Positions 11,401-26,253 of a DNA stretch of 64,000 nt are shown here, in pieces (the stretch's first letter is position 1; each line of letters opens with the position of its first letter). A program made the position numbers and the translations under genes. The stretch comes from Eledone cirrhosa (Eukaryota). The notes under the pieces were generated by a model that saw only the letters and a list, made by a program, of their open reading frames with translations, ran no database searches and was not told where the DNA came from. The stretch lies in the NCBI GenBank assembly GCA_964016885.1, contig OZ024741.1:263686001-263750000 (forward strand), given 5' to 3'.

Positions 11401-12419
11401 TTTTTTTAAAATTGATGTCCTACTGCCATTGCTTTTCATTCATTATTATAGGTATTAATAAAGTATTTTTTAGTATTTAGTCTAAGGAGGAGCATTGGTG
11501 GTGGTCATAATTAGTACCACTTGACCCAGGTTACTGTAGAGAGAAGTTGACTGTATGGACCGCGTTGAACAAAATGTTTTACTGAATTTAGTTGGGCTTC
11601 TTCTGTTCTGAGGTCAAATTTACTTTTCATCCTTCTGGTGTCAATAAAATACAGTGCTGGAGTGAATTTAAATTGACTTTCTCCTCCTCACAAAATTGTT
11701 GCTAGCCTTGTGCTTAAATTAGAAACCATTATTATTATGTAGGGCAGTAGAGTAATATAATTGTTAGAGCATCAGACAAAATACTTTACAGTATTTGTTC
11801 GAGCTTGTTGAAGTCAACCTTGCCTTTTAGTCTTCTCAGGTTGATAAAATAGAGTACCAAATCGATTTTTCCCTTCCTCAAGTTGCTAGCCTCCAGAAAC
11901 AATTATTGTTGTTAGCTCCTCCCATAAAAGGAAGGTCATTAACTCAAGAGAATCTGCCATAGTTGTTTCATTATATATCTGGGCAGTATACTTAGTTCTT
12001 TGTTTCATCAGTTTACGAAACTCTAAAGAGGAATAGCTAACAGAACTTGGGAGTGTTAACTCTTGTAGACTAGTGTTGCATCCAAGGGCAGATTCTTACT
12101 TACATAATGTGTTAAGTCATGAAACCACCTGGTTCTATCATACAAACTTTATTTTACAGGGTTTAATTTTTTTTAAAAACCTTCCATAACAATTTTATAT
12201 AAGGTTTGGTAGGTTATGTTCCAAACAACAGATTGATAAGAAAGTCAATTATATTAATAGATTCCTTCAAATTGATTTGAAAATTATAAGCAGTAACCTT
12301 TGTTAGAAATATGGTAATGAAAGGGTTCATTGGGTCTTATGAGGGACTAACTCATATGATCCTGTACCCCATAAAACCCAAACAGCACTATATCTGCATC
12401 ACACTATATAAATTAAAGT

Positions 12420-12655
12420 CTTCTTCTTTGCCCACTTATTCCTGAAAGGGTTCTGGGGGCAGAGTCCTCAAACACTCCTTCCAGCGGGTCTTGTCAGAAG
12501 CAACCGTCTCCAACTGATCCGGCTGGATTGCCAAGTGAGACCAGCCAAGCTCATGGACGTTATCCAACCATCTTGCTTGGGGTCTACTCCTGGGTCTCCT
12601 GCCTGTAAAATCTGTCCAGTGATTCTTTCCTGAGACATTCTAACCACATACCCAG
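12420..12655 (-). mobile_element. 3' fragment of a second RTE family with (GAA)n tail
   Basis: Homologous to 61065-61271 and 50717-50812; encodes VVRMSQERITGQIL..RWLDNVHELGW. Confidence 0.75.
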
Positions 12656-13393
12656 TAAATATACAGTAAATTTAGGTAAAAAATTTTAATTTATACAGCT
12701 TCGATAAATTAAAATCTCTTTCCTAAATTTATTGTAAATTTGCACAAAAATCTATCCAGTAGTAAAGATATAGACATTTTAATTAACAAACCTGTTTTTA
12801 AATATTTCCTACTGAATCATTACAGGATGTTAAAAGTTAAGAAAAAGCTATGTAGGTTGATGTCTGTCGAGAGATAACAACTTGAGATGCTAATCAAAAT
12901 GTTAGTTTTGAAGCAGTTAATTTTTAGGACACTCCTTCAGGTTTAGTTTTGTAAAAGTAGCTAAGTGCTACTTGTAGAGGCAGTAAATTGGCAAAAGAAT
13001 TAGCACATTGAACAAAATATCTTGTAGTGTATTTACTCTGTGTTCTTGCATTCTGAGTTCAATTCTCACCAAAGTTAACTTGGATGGTAGATTTAATCTA
13101 TGCCCCGGTACCACAGCACCATCTGGCCCACGGCTGGTCTCTTATTTGAGAATGCCCTCCTGCCAATGTTCTAGGCTCGGAAAAGGGTCAGGGGCACTGC
13201 CTATCTCTCCTGACTAACCAAGAAAAAGAAAACAGGAATGATTAAGCACACTTTTTTTTTTTTGTCCGTAACGAATCAACAAATATTGTCTTTTAAACCT
13301 ATTGAAAGACACTATAATTTGCAATTAATTTTGAAAATAATCAAGGAATTGGGTAATTATCATCATTTAAAATCCATTTTCTCTCTCTCATCA

Positions 13394-13708
13394 TTAACCC
13401 TTTTTTAATGTCTTACCCCTTCCTAAAAAAAAGACCTGGTTCTATGAAATAAAATCAACCCATTTTAAAGTGTTTCTATCTAAATTAGAATCTCCCAGCA
13501 TAATTTTATTTTTGTTAAATTATGTGTTACAAATACTATCTTAATGAAATAATCAATAATTTTATTAATTTCCTCCAAATTCTTCAATAACTATGGTGGT
13601 GCCCCAGCATGGCCTAAGCCTGTTGGCTGGAACACGTAATAGGGTAATAGAGTAACTAATTCAAATACATTGTATTTCATTAGAAATGTGGTACCGAGAG
13701 GGTTAAAT
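13394..13708. mobile_element. Old TTAA-flanked (piggyBac-like) MITE
   Basis: TTAACCCT..AGGGTTAA ends; related interiors near 12125-12328, 31415-31620 and 45098-45400. Confidence 0.5.
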
Positions 13709-14446
13709 TGGTGTTTGGAACATATATTAACAAGAAGTTCTTACATGAAAAAAATATGATGGGTGGTTTTTAGATAAATATAAACACTTTAAAATGAATA
13801 GTATTGTATTGTAGAATCAGGGGTAGTTTTAGGCAGTTTGGTATCACAAAGGTTAAACATAAATTATTTATGTATTAACAAATCTGTAAACGTATTACTT
13901 TAGAATCAATACAGCTACAGTCAACCAGCTGAAAGGTCATCAGTTATTTATTACTAGAGCCTAAGCTAAGACAGACAATAAGCCCCATTCTGCAGCAATA
14001 CACTTAGATAGCTGCTGTAAAATAGATAGCATATGGCTATGCAGCTTATTGCTGAATACAACGTATTTATGAAAGTGCTTGTGCAAGTTTAAACGTTGAT
14101 AACTTTGGAAGTACGCATGATGGAAATATATTGTAAACTTCATATAAAGGCTTTGTTCATTCATACAGTTTTGTTCATATTTCCACCATTTAAAATAACA
14201 ATCTTTCGTGACACATCATACAAACCAGTTTTTCAGTCCATTAAAAACATTCCTCAGTTGCTACTCAGAGATTTCATTGATTCTTTTTGTGATCCTGAAT
14301 CTAAGCTCATCTAAAGAATGTCACTTTGATGAGTAGACAACTGTTTTGACTAAAACATAGTCTAGTAGGGGTCAGATCAGGTGAACAGCATGGCCAAGAA
14401 ATTGGTCTGGCCCTATCGATATTTTATTTCTGTGTATTCAGTTTAG

Positions 14447-14666
14447 CCCTTTAGCATTCACATTACTCTATATAGACTATTATATTTTCATGATAAATGC
14501 TTTATCTCACATACTTATCTCACATAATATCGAATCTATGAGATTTTGAAAGTATTTATTTTGAGAACAATAGCTTAACATCAATTTGAGTGGCCAGTTA
14601 CAGCCAGTTTCAACAGAAAAAGGTAGAGAATTCTGGTCGGTTTGGGCCGGTTTGAACATTAAAGGG
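14447..14666. mobile_element. piggyBac-like MITE (same family as 20464-20789, opposite orientation)
   Basis: CCCTTTAGCATTCA ... TGAACATTAAAGGG with TTAG flanks. Confidence 0.55.
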
Positions 14667-15991
14667 TTAGAATAGAAGTATACCATGTCCCTGCATGTCG
14701 TAAGAGCTGATTAAAAGGTTTGCACCAAGAAGGACATCCAACCTTAAAACATTGTCTCAAAAAGGATTTTACGTTGAGTATGAAGAATTAATCCTTGCTT
14801 TAGTAGAGTAAACAACCTTAAAACACTAGTTGTTTCTACCAATCTACTTGTCTGGAAAGTTTTTCTGCCCAATAATGTATAAAGAATTATAATACTTTTA
14901 TATTTAGTTCACAGTATATTTCTATCACGTGTACATTGAAAGTTATTAATGTCTAGAGTTGCACAAAAACCTTAACATCCTGTATAGTGACACTATTATT
15001 ATTATCATCATTTTATGTTTATTCTCCATGATGATATGAGACATGTTGTCACAGTCTGAAACTAGACTAGTTGTTGAACATTTTCCTTGTACATTCCATA
15101 TTTGGCATGGTTTATATGGCTGGATGCCCTTCCTAATGCCAACCACTTTACATAGTGTATTGGGTGCATTTTATCATGGTCCTAATATTAAAGAGTCCTC
15201 TCTACTTTGTATTAATTTGATTGCCAACAGCTTTAGAGTGTACTGGGTGCACTGAATTGTATCGCCAACTCTGAAGAAGTTGTCAAGTCCTTGACAGGGT
15301 CAAAGGGTCGCTCTACCCTAGTTGTCTTGGTTTATTTGTCAACCATGTTCCTGTGTAACATCACTACTAGGGGTGGAGGGTTCATTCCTCTGCAGGCTAA
15401 AAAGGACCCCTCCACTTGTTGCTGTTTCTAACCTCTCACCACATTTACTTTGTCTTCATGTAGTAGTGTGCCCAGAAGAAATCACTATGGCAGTGGTCAT
15501 CCTGGTCTAAGGTTTCCTCATAGGAGAATTTGACCTCCACACCACAATGTAATTGAAAAACACCACATACATAGTGGCTTCCAGTGGACTGCTGTTTCCA
15601 CTACATACACAAGTCGCTACTTAAAAACTAGATGGAGAGAGTGTGTGTGGCACACACAGACACAGACACACACACAACCGTGTGTGTGTAGCGCTAAGGC
15701 TTATAAATATTCTGTTTCTTTTGTTTGGTTCTTTCAGATTAAAACAGACATCTTATAATTCAGTGCACTATTTTATTTTGAATATTATATATGTGTATAT
15801 AAATCATCTGGTGTTTTAAGGCTATTTCCCCCTTGCTAAAGCAGGGACTATAGCCATGTGGGCCCTGTGAAAGGTTTAATACTCATCATAGGGTAATTTT
15901 TGAAACAATGTTTTACAGCTGCAGGTCCCTCTTGATGCTAGCCCTTTTACTCACCTCATATCTCATGTAGGAGTATGGTGTACTTCTAAAC

Positions 15992-16032
<41 letters not shown>

Positions 16033-17114
16033 AGACGCACTGATTTTTGTTTCATTTAATGTCTTGTTAAAATTAAGGTGGTGAGAACTACCCCTAAAAC
16101 ATAAGGTATGGGTTTACAACAATGTTTGGGAAGCTCTAGTCTTATACTGTTATACTATATTGAAACGAATCTGTTACATAACAGCTTGTAACCCGACCCA
16201 GTGAGAAACTGGGAGACAGTACGTTGTACCGAGAAAGAGTATATGGTAACCTTTACCCACTATTACATGTAACCAGTAGAAAACCCATTGTTTTACAGTT
16301 GGAATAAGTAATATTTAGTTTGTTTACCAAATTTTAACAAAAATGTTTATAGATAAAATATTGTCAATTTTTTTTCTTTCAAAGCAGTAAATACACTTCC
16401 ACATGTCACATATACGGTAAATAAATATATACATATACACCAGGTCCGAACACAAAGGAACCAAACTCCCACTGTCACTTCCTCAATCTCCCCATCTCTC
16501 ACTATTATGAGCAAATGGGGGCCCACGCACTGACAACACCGTGGCCCTGGAGAAGGCGTTTCCGTGGAGGATTGTGAGGGAGATGTGCTGGAAGAGCCTT
16601 TCCAGGTCATTGATGTCAACTTTTCCTTGCTGGCATGGGCTGGATGATATTTTTGTGAGGCCGTGTTATATAGCTGGATGTCCTTCCTCACACCAATCTG
16701 TACTTTATAACGATGGTGTTTATTCTATTGATCATTGCTGAACCATTAGGCAGCATGACATATATCATTTTTGCAAGCCATAAACCAATGCCATCACTTG
16801 CTTAAACAATGTCATTGTGTGTGGACATATACATACATACAACAGGTTTTGCACAGTTTTTGCCATTCAAATTCACCCACAAGGTACTGGCCAGCCCACA
16901 GTTATAATAGAAACCAGACAGTTACCAAAACATATTAAATGTTTTTTAGATTTTATTTAAAAAGCAAAATATCATGTGGAATTGCCGAATATTTTCCATA
17001 ATAGTAATAGTATTTAGTGAAGAGAAGTGTATTTTGTGACTGCAGTATTTGGAAGGGTTTCAATATTTTCATGCTCAAGGTCATATTGTTTTCTATTATT
17101 TTTCATATCAACTG

Positions 17115-17302
17115 GCGGTGGATTGGCAGTATCGGTAGAGAGTCGGACGCCATGCTTTCCAGCATAGTTACGTCCCTTTACGATCTGAGTTCAAATCCCG
17201 CTGAGGTTGACTTTGCCTTTCATCCTTACGGGGTCGATAAAATAAAGTACCAGTAATGCACTGGGTAATTGCTGGCCTTGTGCCTAAAGTAGAAACAATT
17301 AT
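17115..17302 (+). mobile_element. SINE family B, young short variant
   Basis: Nearly identical to 19940-20132. Confidence 0.88.
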
Positions 17303-18130
17303 TTTTCATATCAACTAATTAAATTGTTCCTTTTGTATAGGATATCAGTCTAACACCAGATGCTGGCTGATGTTGTTGTTTGGAAATTCCTATATCATTC
17401 TTGTCATCTGACATGTTATACCATACTATTACTATACTATAATATACTGTGACATACCATACTATTACTATACTGTACGATAATGTACTGTGAAATACCA
17501 TACCATACTATTACTGTACTATAATATACTGTACCATATGCTCTGATATTTCATACCACCCCATCTCATATCATCATTATGTACTTTAACATATTCTTAA
17601 TATTCTATACACTATTATAATGTGGTAATGGTGTAAGATGCTGTGTTGTGATGCAGCACTGCATTTCATACCATACCATCCATATCATATCATACCATAC
17701 CAACCATATCATACCATATCAACAATTTCATACCATATCAACCATACCATATACCATATCAACCATACCATATACCATATCAACCATACCATATATCATA
17801 TCATACCATACCATATATCATATCATACCATATCAGTGTACCAGGAGACTATCTTGGCTGGATTTCAGATGATTATTATTGATTCTTTTAACACACAATA
17901 CTAAAGTCTTAATGTGGCTGCCTGTGTGTGTGCATATTTATGTATTTGTGTAGATGTAACTGTGTGTATGCACACATATATATGTGTGTGTGTGTGTGTG
18001 TGCCTGCCTACAAAGTGGGTGTCTGTATTTGCATTTGTGCAGATGTAAATGTGTGTATTCAAACGTGTGTATGTGTATTTGTATATGTATGTGTGTGAGA
18101 ACAACTACAAATGTGCATATAAAATATAAA

Positions 18131-18274
<144 letters not shown>

Positions 18275-18372
18275 ATATATATATATATATATATAAAATG
18301 TATATATAATATATATATATATAAAATGTGTATATATATATATATAAAATGCATATATATATATATATATAT

Positions 18373-18858
18373 AAAGGTGCAGAGCACTACAAGTTGATGG
18401 AAACCGCGGAGTGGGGAGACCCAAGATGACCTGGGATGAGGTGATAAAAGCCGACCTTACCCAACTACACCTCTCAAAGACAATGACACATGACCGTGAC
18501 TTCTGGCGTCACGCAGTAATACAGGGTACCCGACCTCCCATGGGTACATGCTGAAGCATATAAACAATATGCCCCCACTCCCCCCACCGCAAGGTGGTCG
18601 TGGAGGTGCCACGGCAAAAAAGCACCCAGCCCACACTGTAAAGTGGACGTGTAGGCGCCACGAAAAAGCACCCAGCACTCACTGTAAATGAGGTTGGTGT
18701 TAGGAAGGGCATCCAGCTGTAGAAATCAAGCCAGATCAGTTCCTGTATGAGCAAGGCATGGTCAGCCGACCAGACACTGCCCACAACAGGACAACCCATC
18801 TAACCCATGCTAGCGTGGAAGAACGGATGTAAAACGGTGATGATGATGATGATGATGA

Positions 18859-18862
<4 letters not shown>
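18373..18862 (+). mobile_element. RTE LINE 3' end (last ~55 codons, 3' UTR, (TGA)n tail)
   Basis: Encodes [27 protein letters not shown]..; inserted in (TA)n. Confidence 0.88.
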
Positions 18863-18909
<47 letters not shown>

Positions 18910-19309
18910 GTGTGTGTGTGTGGAGAGAGAGATATGTTTGCATATAGTCACCCAAGATGTACATTAATGCATGCGTGTTAGTGCATGCATATGTATATAT
19001 AAACACAAGTTGTATATCCAATACAAGCAAGCACGCACGCGCGCGCGCGCAGCCGAGGCTTATAAATATTCACATGTGATTATATATCAAGAAAACCTTT
19101 AGTTTCGTTATTACACTATAATCAATGATGAAGTAGGCTATTGGATAAGGCATGTGGCCAAGTGTTTAGGGTGTTGGGCTCTCAACCATAAGTTTGATCC
19201 CTGGACTGGTCAGTACTGTCCTTGAGCAATACACTTCATTTCATGCTACACCAATCCACTCTGCAGCAGTTGTGGCATAACACCTGCAACAAACTGGTGC
19301 CTGACCCAG

Positions 19310-19530
19310 TCTTTTCATGAAAGGACTGACTGGGGCCCCAATATTTAAAACACCCAAGAAACCTATGAGATGCAGCCTTGTAGGAGACCAGTGGGACCTG
19401 TATAGGTGTAAGCTGCAGTGTTTGATAGGATTGACTGGAGTCTTTATCATAAAAACATTTGAGAACCTCTTATGAGATGCGACCTTGTAGGAGACCAGTG
19501 AGACCTACATAGGTGTGAGCTGTAACAACA
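19310..19530. repeat. ~105-bp degenerate tandem repeat (2 copies), same family as 51440-51990
   Basis: Shared AAAACACCCAAGAAACC..TATGAGATGC..TGTAGGAG..ACCTACATAG.TGTGAGCTG. Confidence 0.7.
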
Positions 19531-19721
19531 ACAGCATAATGCGACTATGATCTTCTTATCACATTGTATAAAAGCTTCACAGCTGATTTTCCAGTATGCC
19601 CTATGCTTGCGCTCATACCATTTTTGAGATCTCTTCAGCCCAAACTTAGAGATCCCAGTGTTAATTCCCACAACATTATCAAGTTTCCATTGTTATTATT
19701 ATTATTAACTTCAAAACAAAA

Positions 19722-20317
19722 GCAGTGGATTGGCAGTATTGGTACAGCGTCAGACATGCCTTGCAACATATAGTTATGTTTCTCTTCGTTCTGATTTCAA
19801 ATCCCACCAAGGTTAGCTTTGCCATTCATCCTTATGTGGTCGATAAAATAAAGTATTAGTAACACACTGGGGTCCATTTAATCGACTTTTGCTTCCCTTG
19901 AAATTGTTGGCCTTGTGCCTAAATCAGAGACCATTATTAAGTGTGGTGAATTGGCAGTATCGGTAGAGGGTTGGACGCCATGTTTTCTAGCATAGTTACG
20001 TCCCTTTACGATCTGAGTTCAAATCCCGCCGAGGTTGACTTTGCCTTTCATCCTTACGGGGTCGATAAAATAAAGTACCAGTAATGCACTGGGTAATTGC
20101 TGGCCTTGTGCCTAAAGTAGAAACAATTATTAAGTGTGGTTGACAACATGCTTCAAGGCATAGTTATAGCCTTTTATGTTCTGAGTTCAAAATCTGCCGA
20201 GGTTAGCTTTGTCCTTTCATCCTTACGAGGTCGATAAAATAAAGTACCAGTAACACACCGGGGTCGATATAATCAACTTTCTCATCCATTAAATTGTTGG
20301 CCTTGTGGCTAAATCAA
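19722..20317 (+). mobile_element. Tandem array of 3 family B SINEs
   Basis: Head-to-tail units joined at ATTATTAAGTGTGG. Confidence 0.85.
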
Positions 20318-20463
20318 AGTGTTGGTGTATTGACTGACTGGTTAGACCAGAGATAGGGGAACATGTGGTCTTCTATGCCATTCTGTGTGCCCTTTTTGTA
20401 AGAATAAAAAAATTCCAACAAATTGAATAATTTTTATCAATGTTTTTGTCTCTCTTATTTTAA

Positions 20464-20789
20464 CCCTTTAGCATTTAAACCGGCCATATCCGGCCAGAAT
20501 TCTCTCACCTATTTCTGTTCAAACTGGCTGTAACCAGCCGCTCATACTGATGTTAAGGTACTGTGCTCAAAATAAATAATTTCAAATTCTCATAGATTCG
20601 ACATTGTGAAATAACTATGTGAGGTAAAGTCTTTATCGTGAAAATATGATAGTAATATAGAGTAATTGTTTCTACTTTTGGCACAAGGGCAGCAATTACC
20701 CAGTGCATTACTGGTACTTTATTTTATCGCCCCGTAAGGATAAAAGGCAAAGTTTTGAACTCAGAAAGAGTAATGTAAATGCTAAAGGG
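20464..20789. mobile_element. piggyBac-like MITE with a nested minus-strand family B SINE fragment (~20660-20765)
   Basis: TTAA|CCCTTTAGCATTTA ... TAAATGCTAAAGGG|TTAA: perfect 14-bp TIR and TTAA TSD. Confidence 0.8.
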
Positions 20790-23185
20790 TTAAGTTAAAC
20801 CATAAGATTAATATATTTTAAATACCAAAGAGTAAAAGAAAATTTAACAAAATAATCGACACTGACAGACAGCTAGAATTTTAAAGATGTAGATTTTAAG
20901 AATATATAATTATGGTTTCTTGAATGTGGCCTTTCAACATGAAAAGGTTCTCCACCTCTGGATTAGACTGTTCGACAGAGTACTTTGTGGTATTTGGTCT
21001 GGTCCTGAACATTTAAGTTCAAATCCCGCTCAGATCAACTTTGCTGTGCATCCTTCTCGAAGATACCAGTTAACCAACTAGAGGATTGATTTAACTAACT
21101 GGAGGAGTGGGCTGGGGATTTCTGACCTTTTTACCTATTGTAGAAACAGTTGTTAATTGTTATTTGTGCCTATTGTAGAAACAGTTATTTCTTTCTACTG
21201 GAACTGTTGTTTGTACTGTTAACTCTACTACTACTGGTACTACTATTGCTGCTGCTATTACTACTGCTGCTATTACTACTGCTGCTGCTGCTACTACTAC
21301 TACCACCACCATCATTGCTGCTGCTAGAGAATGTCCTTTACAGCCTTTCTTTGTATGACAGGATAATTCCACCTCCACTCTCATTAGATGCTTTAACTCA
21401 TTGACATTATTCTTTCCACCACTACCATGTCCTCCAGACCTCCCCTCCTCTTCCTTTCACTCCTCTATTCTCTTTAAAGGAGTGAAGGAAGGAGATTAAC
21501 ACATACACAGTCAAGTGATTTACAGGGTGAAGTATCACCCCACCATCACTGTATCACCATACCCCACCAGCACCATCACTGATAAAGTATATCTACAAAA
21601 ACAAGCAGCAAGGAAAGGCTGGTGCAAAGTTGTTAGGGTCTGGTCACAGGAAATCATATGTCACTTCTATGAATAGCATCTTTCTCACTTCTTTTACTTA
21701 TTTTATCCTCCTCTAGACTGTGTGGTCAGGACATGCTGGGGCACCACATGCTGTCTTCTGCAGATTTTGTCCATCATATCAACCCCAATACTTATTTCTC
21801 TCCTCCCCCACACTTTTTTTTTTCAACACGGGTAATTTATCAATCTTTTTCTTTGAAATCAATAAGTTACTGGATAGACCTCCCACGCGCGCACACACAT
21901 GCACACGAATGCACACACATACTCTCTCTCTCGCTCTTTCTCACACACAATTTGGTATATGGGAACTGTGAGGAAATGTTTTGTGTGTATATATTGTATA
22001 CTTTTTCACTTAGTACTTTATATTTAAAGAAAGTGGAGTGCAAATATTATTATAGGGATTCTTTGCCTACTGGCTAAGTTTACACCATTTCAATATATAT
22101 AAAATGGGCTTCCACATCGTTTCCATCTACCAAATCTCACTGACAATGCATTCATCAACTCAAGGTTAAATTAGAAGGCACTTACCGAAACTACCACACA
22201 ATGGGATTGAACTTGAAAGTACACGGTTGTAAAGCAAACTGTTTAACCACTGTTATGGCAACATGGCAACACCTAAACCTTTTATTCTTTGACTGGAGAC
22301 TTTATTCGGATATTGTAATGGCAAAAAGGAATGAAAACATGGTGAGTGGTCAAACTTTAGGCCCTTGACTGTGTGGTATATTTCACCTGTGGCCCCCATG
22401 GCCAAAGCATGGTGAGTGGTCAAACTGTAGACCCTTGATTGAATGGTATATTTCACCTGTGCCCACCCATGGTCAAAATGGCTAAAGTGTTGCTGTGAAG
22501 AGCTGGCAATACTTATTGTATCTTTTGAGGTCAAGGGTCCCTCATGGAGTGTGGTTCCCTTGTTGATGGCCAGGGACTGAGGGCAGTAGAAATGTCAATG
22601 AGGAATAAACTGTATTTCTTTTCATTGGTTCTATCAGAGATGATGGAAGAAGAGGGTGTTTCTATCAAATCATCTCTATATAGGTTATTAGTTCTCTAAA
22701 AATGGGGTGGGTAGTGAAAGGACCAACTCTACCCTGTTGGCCAGACCATATATCTCATCTGTGCCCTGTGTACATGATGGTGTAAGTGTTGACAATATCC
22801 GCTGCATCTGTCCTAAGTATATTTTGTCCAGGTCTTGGATAAAATGCCATTGAAGTATTTATTCTAGCTCTTTTCATGGTGAGTTCAAAGTCTTTGTTAT
22901 CCTTCCAGGGTCAATAAAATAAAATATCAGCCAAATATGGGGTTGATTTAATCAACTTCACCCTTCTCCCAAATTTGGTGGCCTTGTGCATTAGAAATCA
23001 ACGTTAATAAAACCGGGCAATGGCAGGTATAACAGCTAGTATCTAATATTTCAAGTAAACTTAAAATCTTAAGTTATTAATGTTATTTATGAAAGGGAAG
23101 GAAAAGGTTACCAAATTTGATACAACTAATTAAAATAAAAACTATGTACAGATTGTATTATATTTTTCTTTTTCTTTATTTCCAG

Positions 23186-23241
23186 CAAATTGGTATATAA
23201 TAATGAGAGATTACGAATCCCACAAAAGTTAAAAACTAAAT
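23186..23241 (+). other. Candidate internal exon (56 nt) of an unidentified transcript
   Basis: Strong acceptor TTTTTCTTTTTCTTTATTTCCAG and consensus donor GTAAGT; one open frame reads KLVYNNERLRIPQKLKTK. Confidence 0.45.
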
Positions 23242-23319
23242 GTAAGTTGATTTTCTTGATTTATCTTGAATGTTCTTATTCACTTTATTGTATTTATGGC
23301 AAGGACAAATTCAGGAGAA

Positions 23320-25656
23320 ATCATCATCATCATCATCAGGTTTAGCGTCCGTGTTCCACGCTTGCATGGGTTTGGACGGGGGTTTTCCCACTTGAGGCAA
23401 GAGTGGTTGTCTTGCTCGCATAGGACTGTCTGGCGGGTTTTCTACAGTTGGATGCCCTTCCTAACACCAACCACATTTACAGTGTGGGGCTGGGAGGTTT
23501 TTACCGTGTTGCCTACACGGCCACATTACAGCGTGGACTGTCTGGCGGGTTTTCTACAGCTGGATGCCCTTCCTAACACCAACCACATTTACAGTGTGGG
23601 GCTGGGAGGTTTTTACCGTGTTGCCTACACGGCCACATTTACAGCGTGGACTGTGTGTTTTTTTATCGTGACACCTACACGATCTCATTTGTTTCGGCCT
23701 GGATGTTGTGGGACCAACATAACTTTACATTGAAAGGGGCGGTGTGGATGGGGTGGAGGTGGTGGGACGGGGGGGGGGGTGTTTTGATAGAGATGCCTAC
23801 TAACTGTAGTAGGTTTTTACTTTGTATTTAGGTAAGGCGGGTCTTCTCTATTACTGAGTACCGCCAAAGGTCTCGGTCCAGTGACATTGTCTTGGAGAGG
23901 TGTAAGCATGTGAGCTCGGAATTTATCAGCTCGTCCCATGTTTTTCTGGGTCTGCCTACTCCGTGGCTACCGTCTATCTTTATTGCCCTGCACTTTGTTA
24001 TACAGCTGTCGTCTTTCATGCGCATCACGTGACCGTACCAACGTAGCCTTCTCTCGAGTAAACAACATCTGATCCCTCTTATTTCTAATTTTTTCCTTAG
24101 TTCGTTTATGCTTTGCCATTCACGTATATTACTATTGCACATCCAGCGGAGCATGCAAGCTTCGTTCCTCTCTAGTCTGCGTATATCCTCTGCACACAAT
24201 GCCCAGGTCTCACTGCCATGCAGCATTGCTGTTCGTATGCAGGCATCGTATAACCTGCCTTTCATTTTTAGACAGAACCCTCTAGCGGCTAATAGTGGTA
24301 TAAGCTCTCTGAACTTTTTCCATCCAGTTCTGACTCTAGCTACTGTACTTTCAGAGCACCCTCCCCCACTGCTGATTTTGTCACCCAAGTAACGGAAGCT
24401 GTCCACTATTTCTATAGAACCCTCTGCGCAGTTGAAGGAGCTAGTATTTTGTGGGCACTTGCTGCTACTTATTGCACCAGAGCACCGGCCACATGTAAAA
24501 TCTATGTTCTTAGTTAGCTTACCTGTGATCCCACTACATCTTTTATGCACCCATACTTTGCATTTGGGACATAAAATGGAGTTTCTACCTACGCCTTTCC
24601 TACACACTGAGTATGGCCATTTCCCAGATGGGACTGCCGCCTTATTTTCTTTCCTACAAACTAGAACTTTAGTCTTAGCCAGGTTAATTTTAAGGCCTTT
24701 TGATTCTAGGCCGTGCTTCCATGTTTGGAATTTCTTCTCTAGTTCGGTCATTGATTCAGCTATGAGCGTTAGATCATCTGCGTATAGGAGTTCCCATGGG
24801 CAGCCGGTCTTGAACTCCACTGTTATAGCCTGAAGGGCAATAATAAATAGTAGGGGGCTAAGAACAGAGCCCTGATGGACACCAACTTTTACGCTAAACT
24901 CTTCACTATATTCGTTGTTAATTCTAACCTTACTGACTGTTTCTTTATACATGGCTTGTATAGCTCTCACAAGCCATTCATCAACACCTAGTTTTCTAAG
25001 AGACCACCAGATAATGGAACGGGGGACTCTGTCGAAGGCTTTCTCCAAGTCGACGAAAGCTAAGTATAGGGGTTTACTTTTAGCTAGGTACTTCTCCTGT
25101 AGTTGTCGTACAATGAAAAGAGCGTCTGTGGTACTTTTGCCTGACACAAACCCGAACTGCATGTCATCTAGATCAATTCTCTCTCTGATTAGTTGCGCTA
25201 TTACTTTTTCCGTGACCTTCATGACCTGGTCGATTAATTTAATGCCTCTATAGTTACTCCTATCTAGGGCATCTCCTTTTCCCTTAGAGCAGTTAACGAT
25301 GATGCTGCTACGCCAGTTCTTCGGAACAACCCCATTCTGTACGACTTGGTTAACTATCCGGGTGACCATGGTGTGTCCCACCGAACCAGATGCCTTCAGT
25401 ATCTCAGCAACTATTTCCGAAGGACCAGCCGCCTTACCCGTCTTCATATCTTTGATTGCCTTGCTTATTGTACTACCCTGGACTAACACTGCTGGTCCCT
25501 CTATTGGGTCAATGTGGGGGAGACTGTCTTTCTCCCATTTGTTCTCCTCATTTAGAAGCCTTTCGTAGTGACAGTTCCAAGCTACCTTCTTATCAGCGTC
25601 GGTGATGGCAAGTATGCCATCATCGTTAAGTACACACTTCTCCCCGACAATATCAC
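23320..25656 (-). mobile_element. 5'-truncated RTE LINE, young copy
   Basis: (GAT)n tail at 23320, 3' UTR with a 112-bp tandem duplication, uninterrupted RT frame; homology to the sister copy stops at 25656. Confidence 0.95.
23828..25656 (-). CDS. RTE ORF2 partial: reverse transcriptase with embedded PHD-type finger (no native start, no endonuclease)
   Basis: [56 protein letters not shown]. The first ~205 aa of the listed 816-aa ORF are microsatellite read-through. Confidence 0.9.
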
Positions 25657-25663
25657 AATATAC

Positions 25664-25790
<127 letters not shown>

Positions 25791-25923
25791 TACATATATA
25801 TATATATATACATATATATCCAATATATATATATATTTATACATATATATCCAATATATATCCATATATCCATATATACATATATATCCAATATATATCC
25901 AATATATATATATATATATATAC

Positions 25924-25954
<31 letters not shown>

Positions 25955-25961
25955 CATATAT

Positions 25962-26001
25962 AGTCCAAACGCATGCAAGCGTGGAACACGGACGCTAAAC
26001 C

Positions 26002-26038
<37 letters not shown>
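25962..26038 (+). mobile_element. Isolated RTE 3'-terminal fragment, inverted relative to the flanking LINEs
   Basis: GTCCAAACGCATGCAAGCGTGGAACACGGACGCTAAACC(TGA)n matches the reverse complement of 23320-23378. Confidence 0.9.
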
Positions 26039-26080
26039 ATACACATATATATATATATACATATATATATACATATATAC

Positions 26081-26122
<42 letters not shown>

Positions 26123-26136
26123 ATATATATATACAC

Positions 26137-26211
<75 letters not shown>

Positions 26212-26220
26212 TATATACAC

Positions 26221-26253
<33 letters not shown>

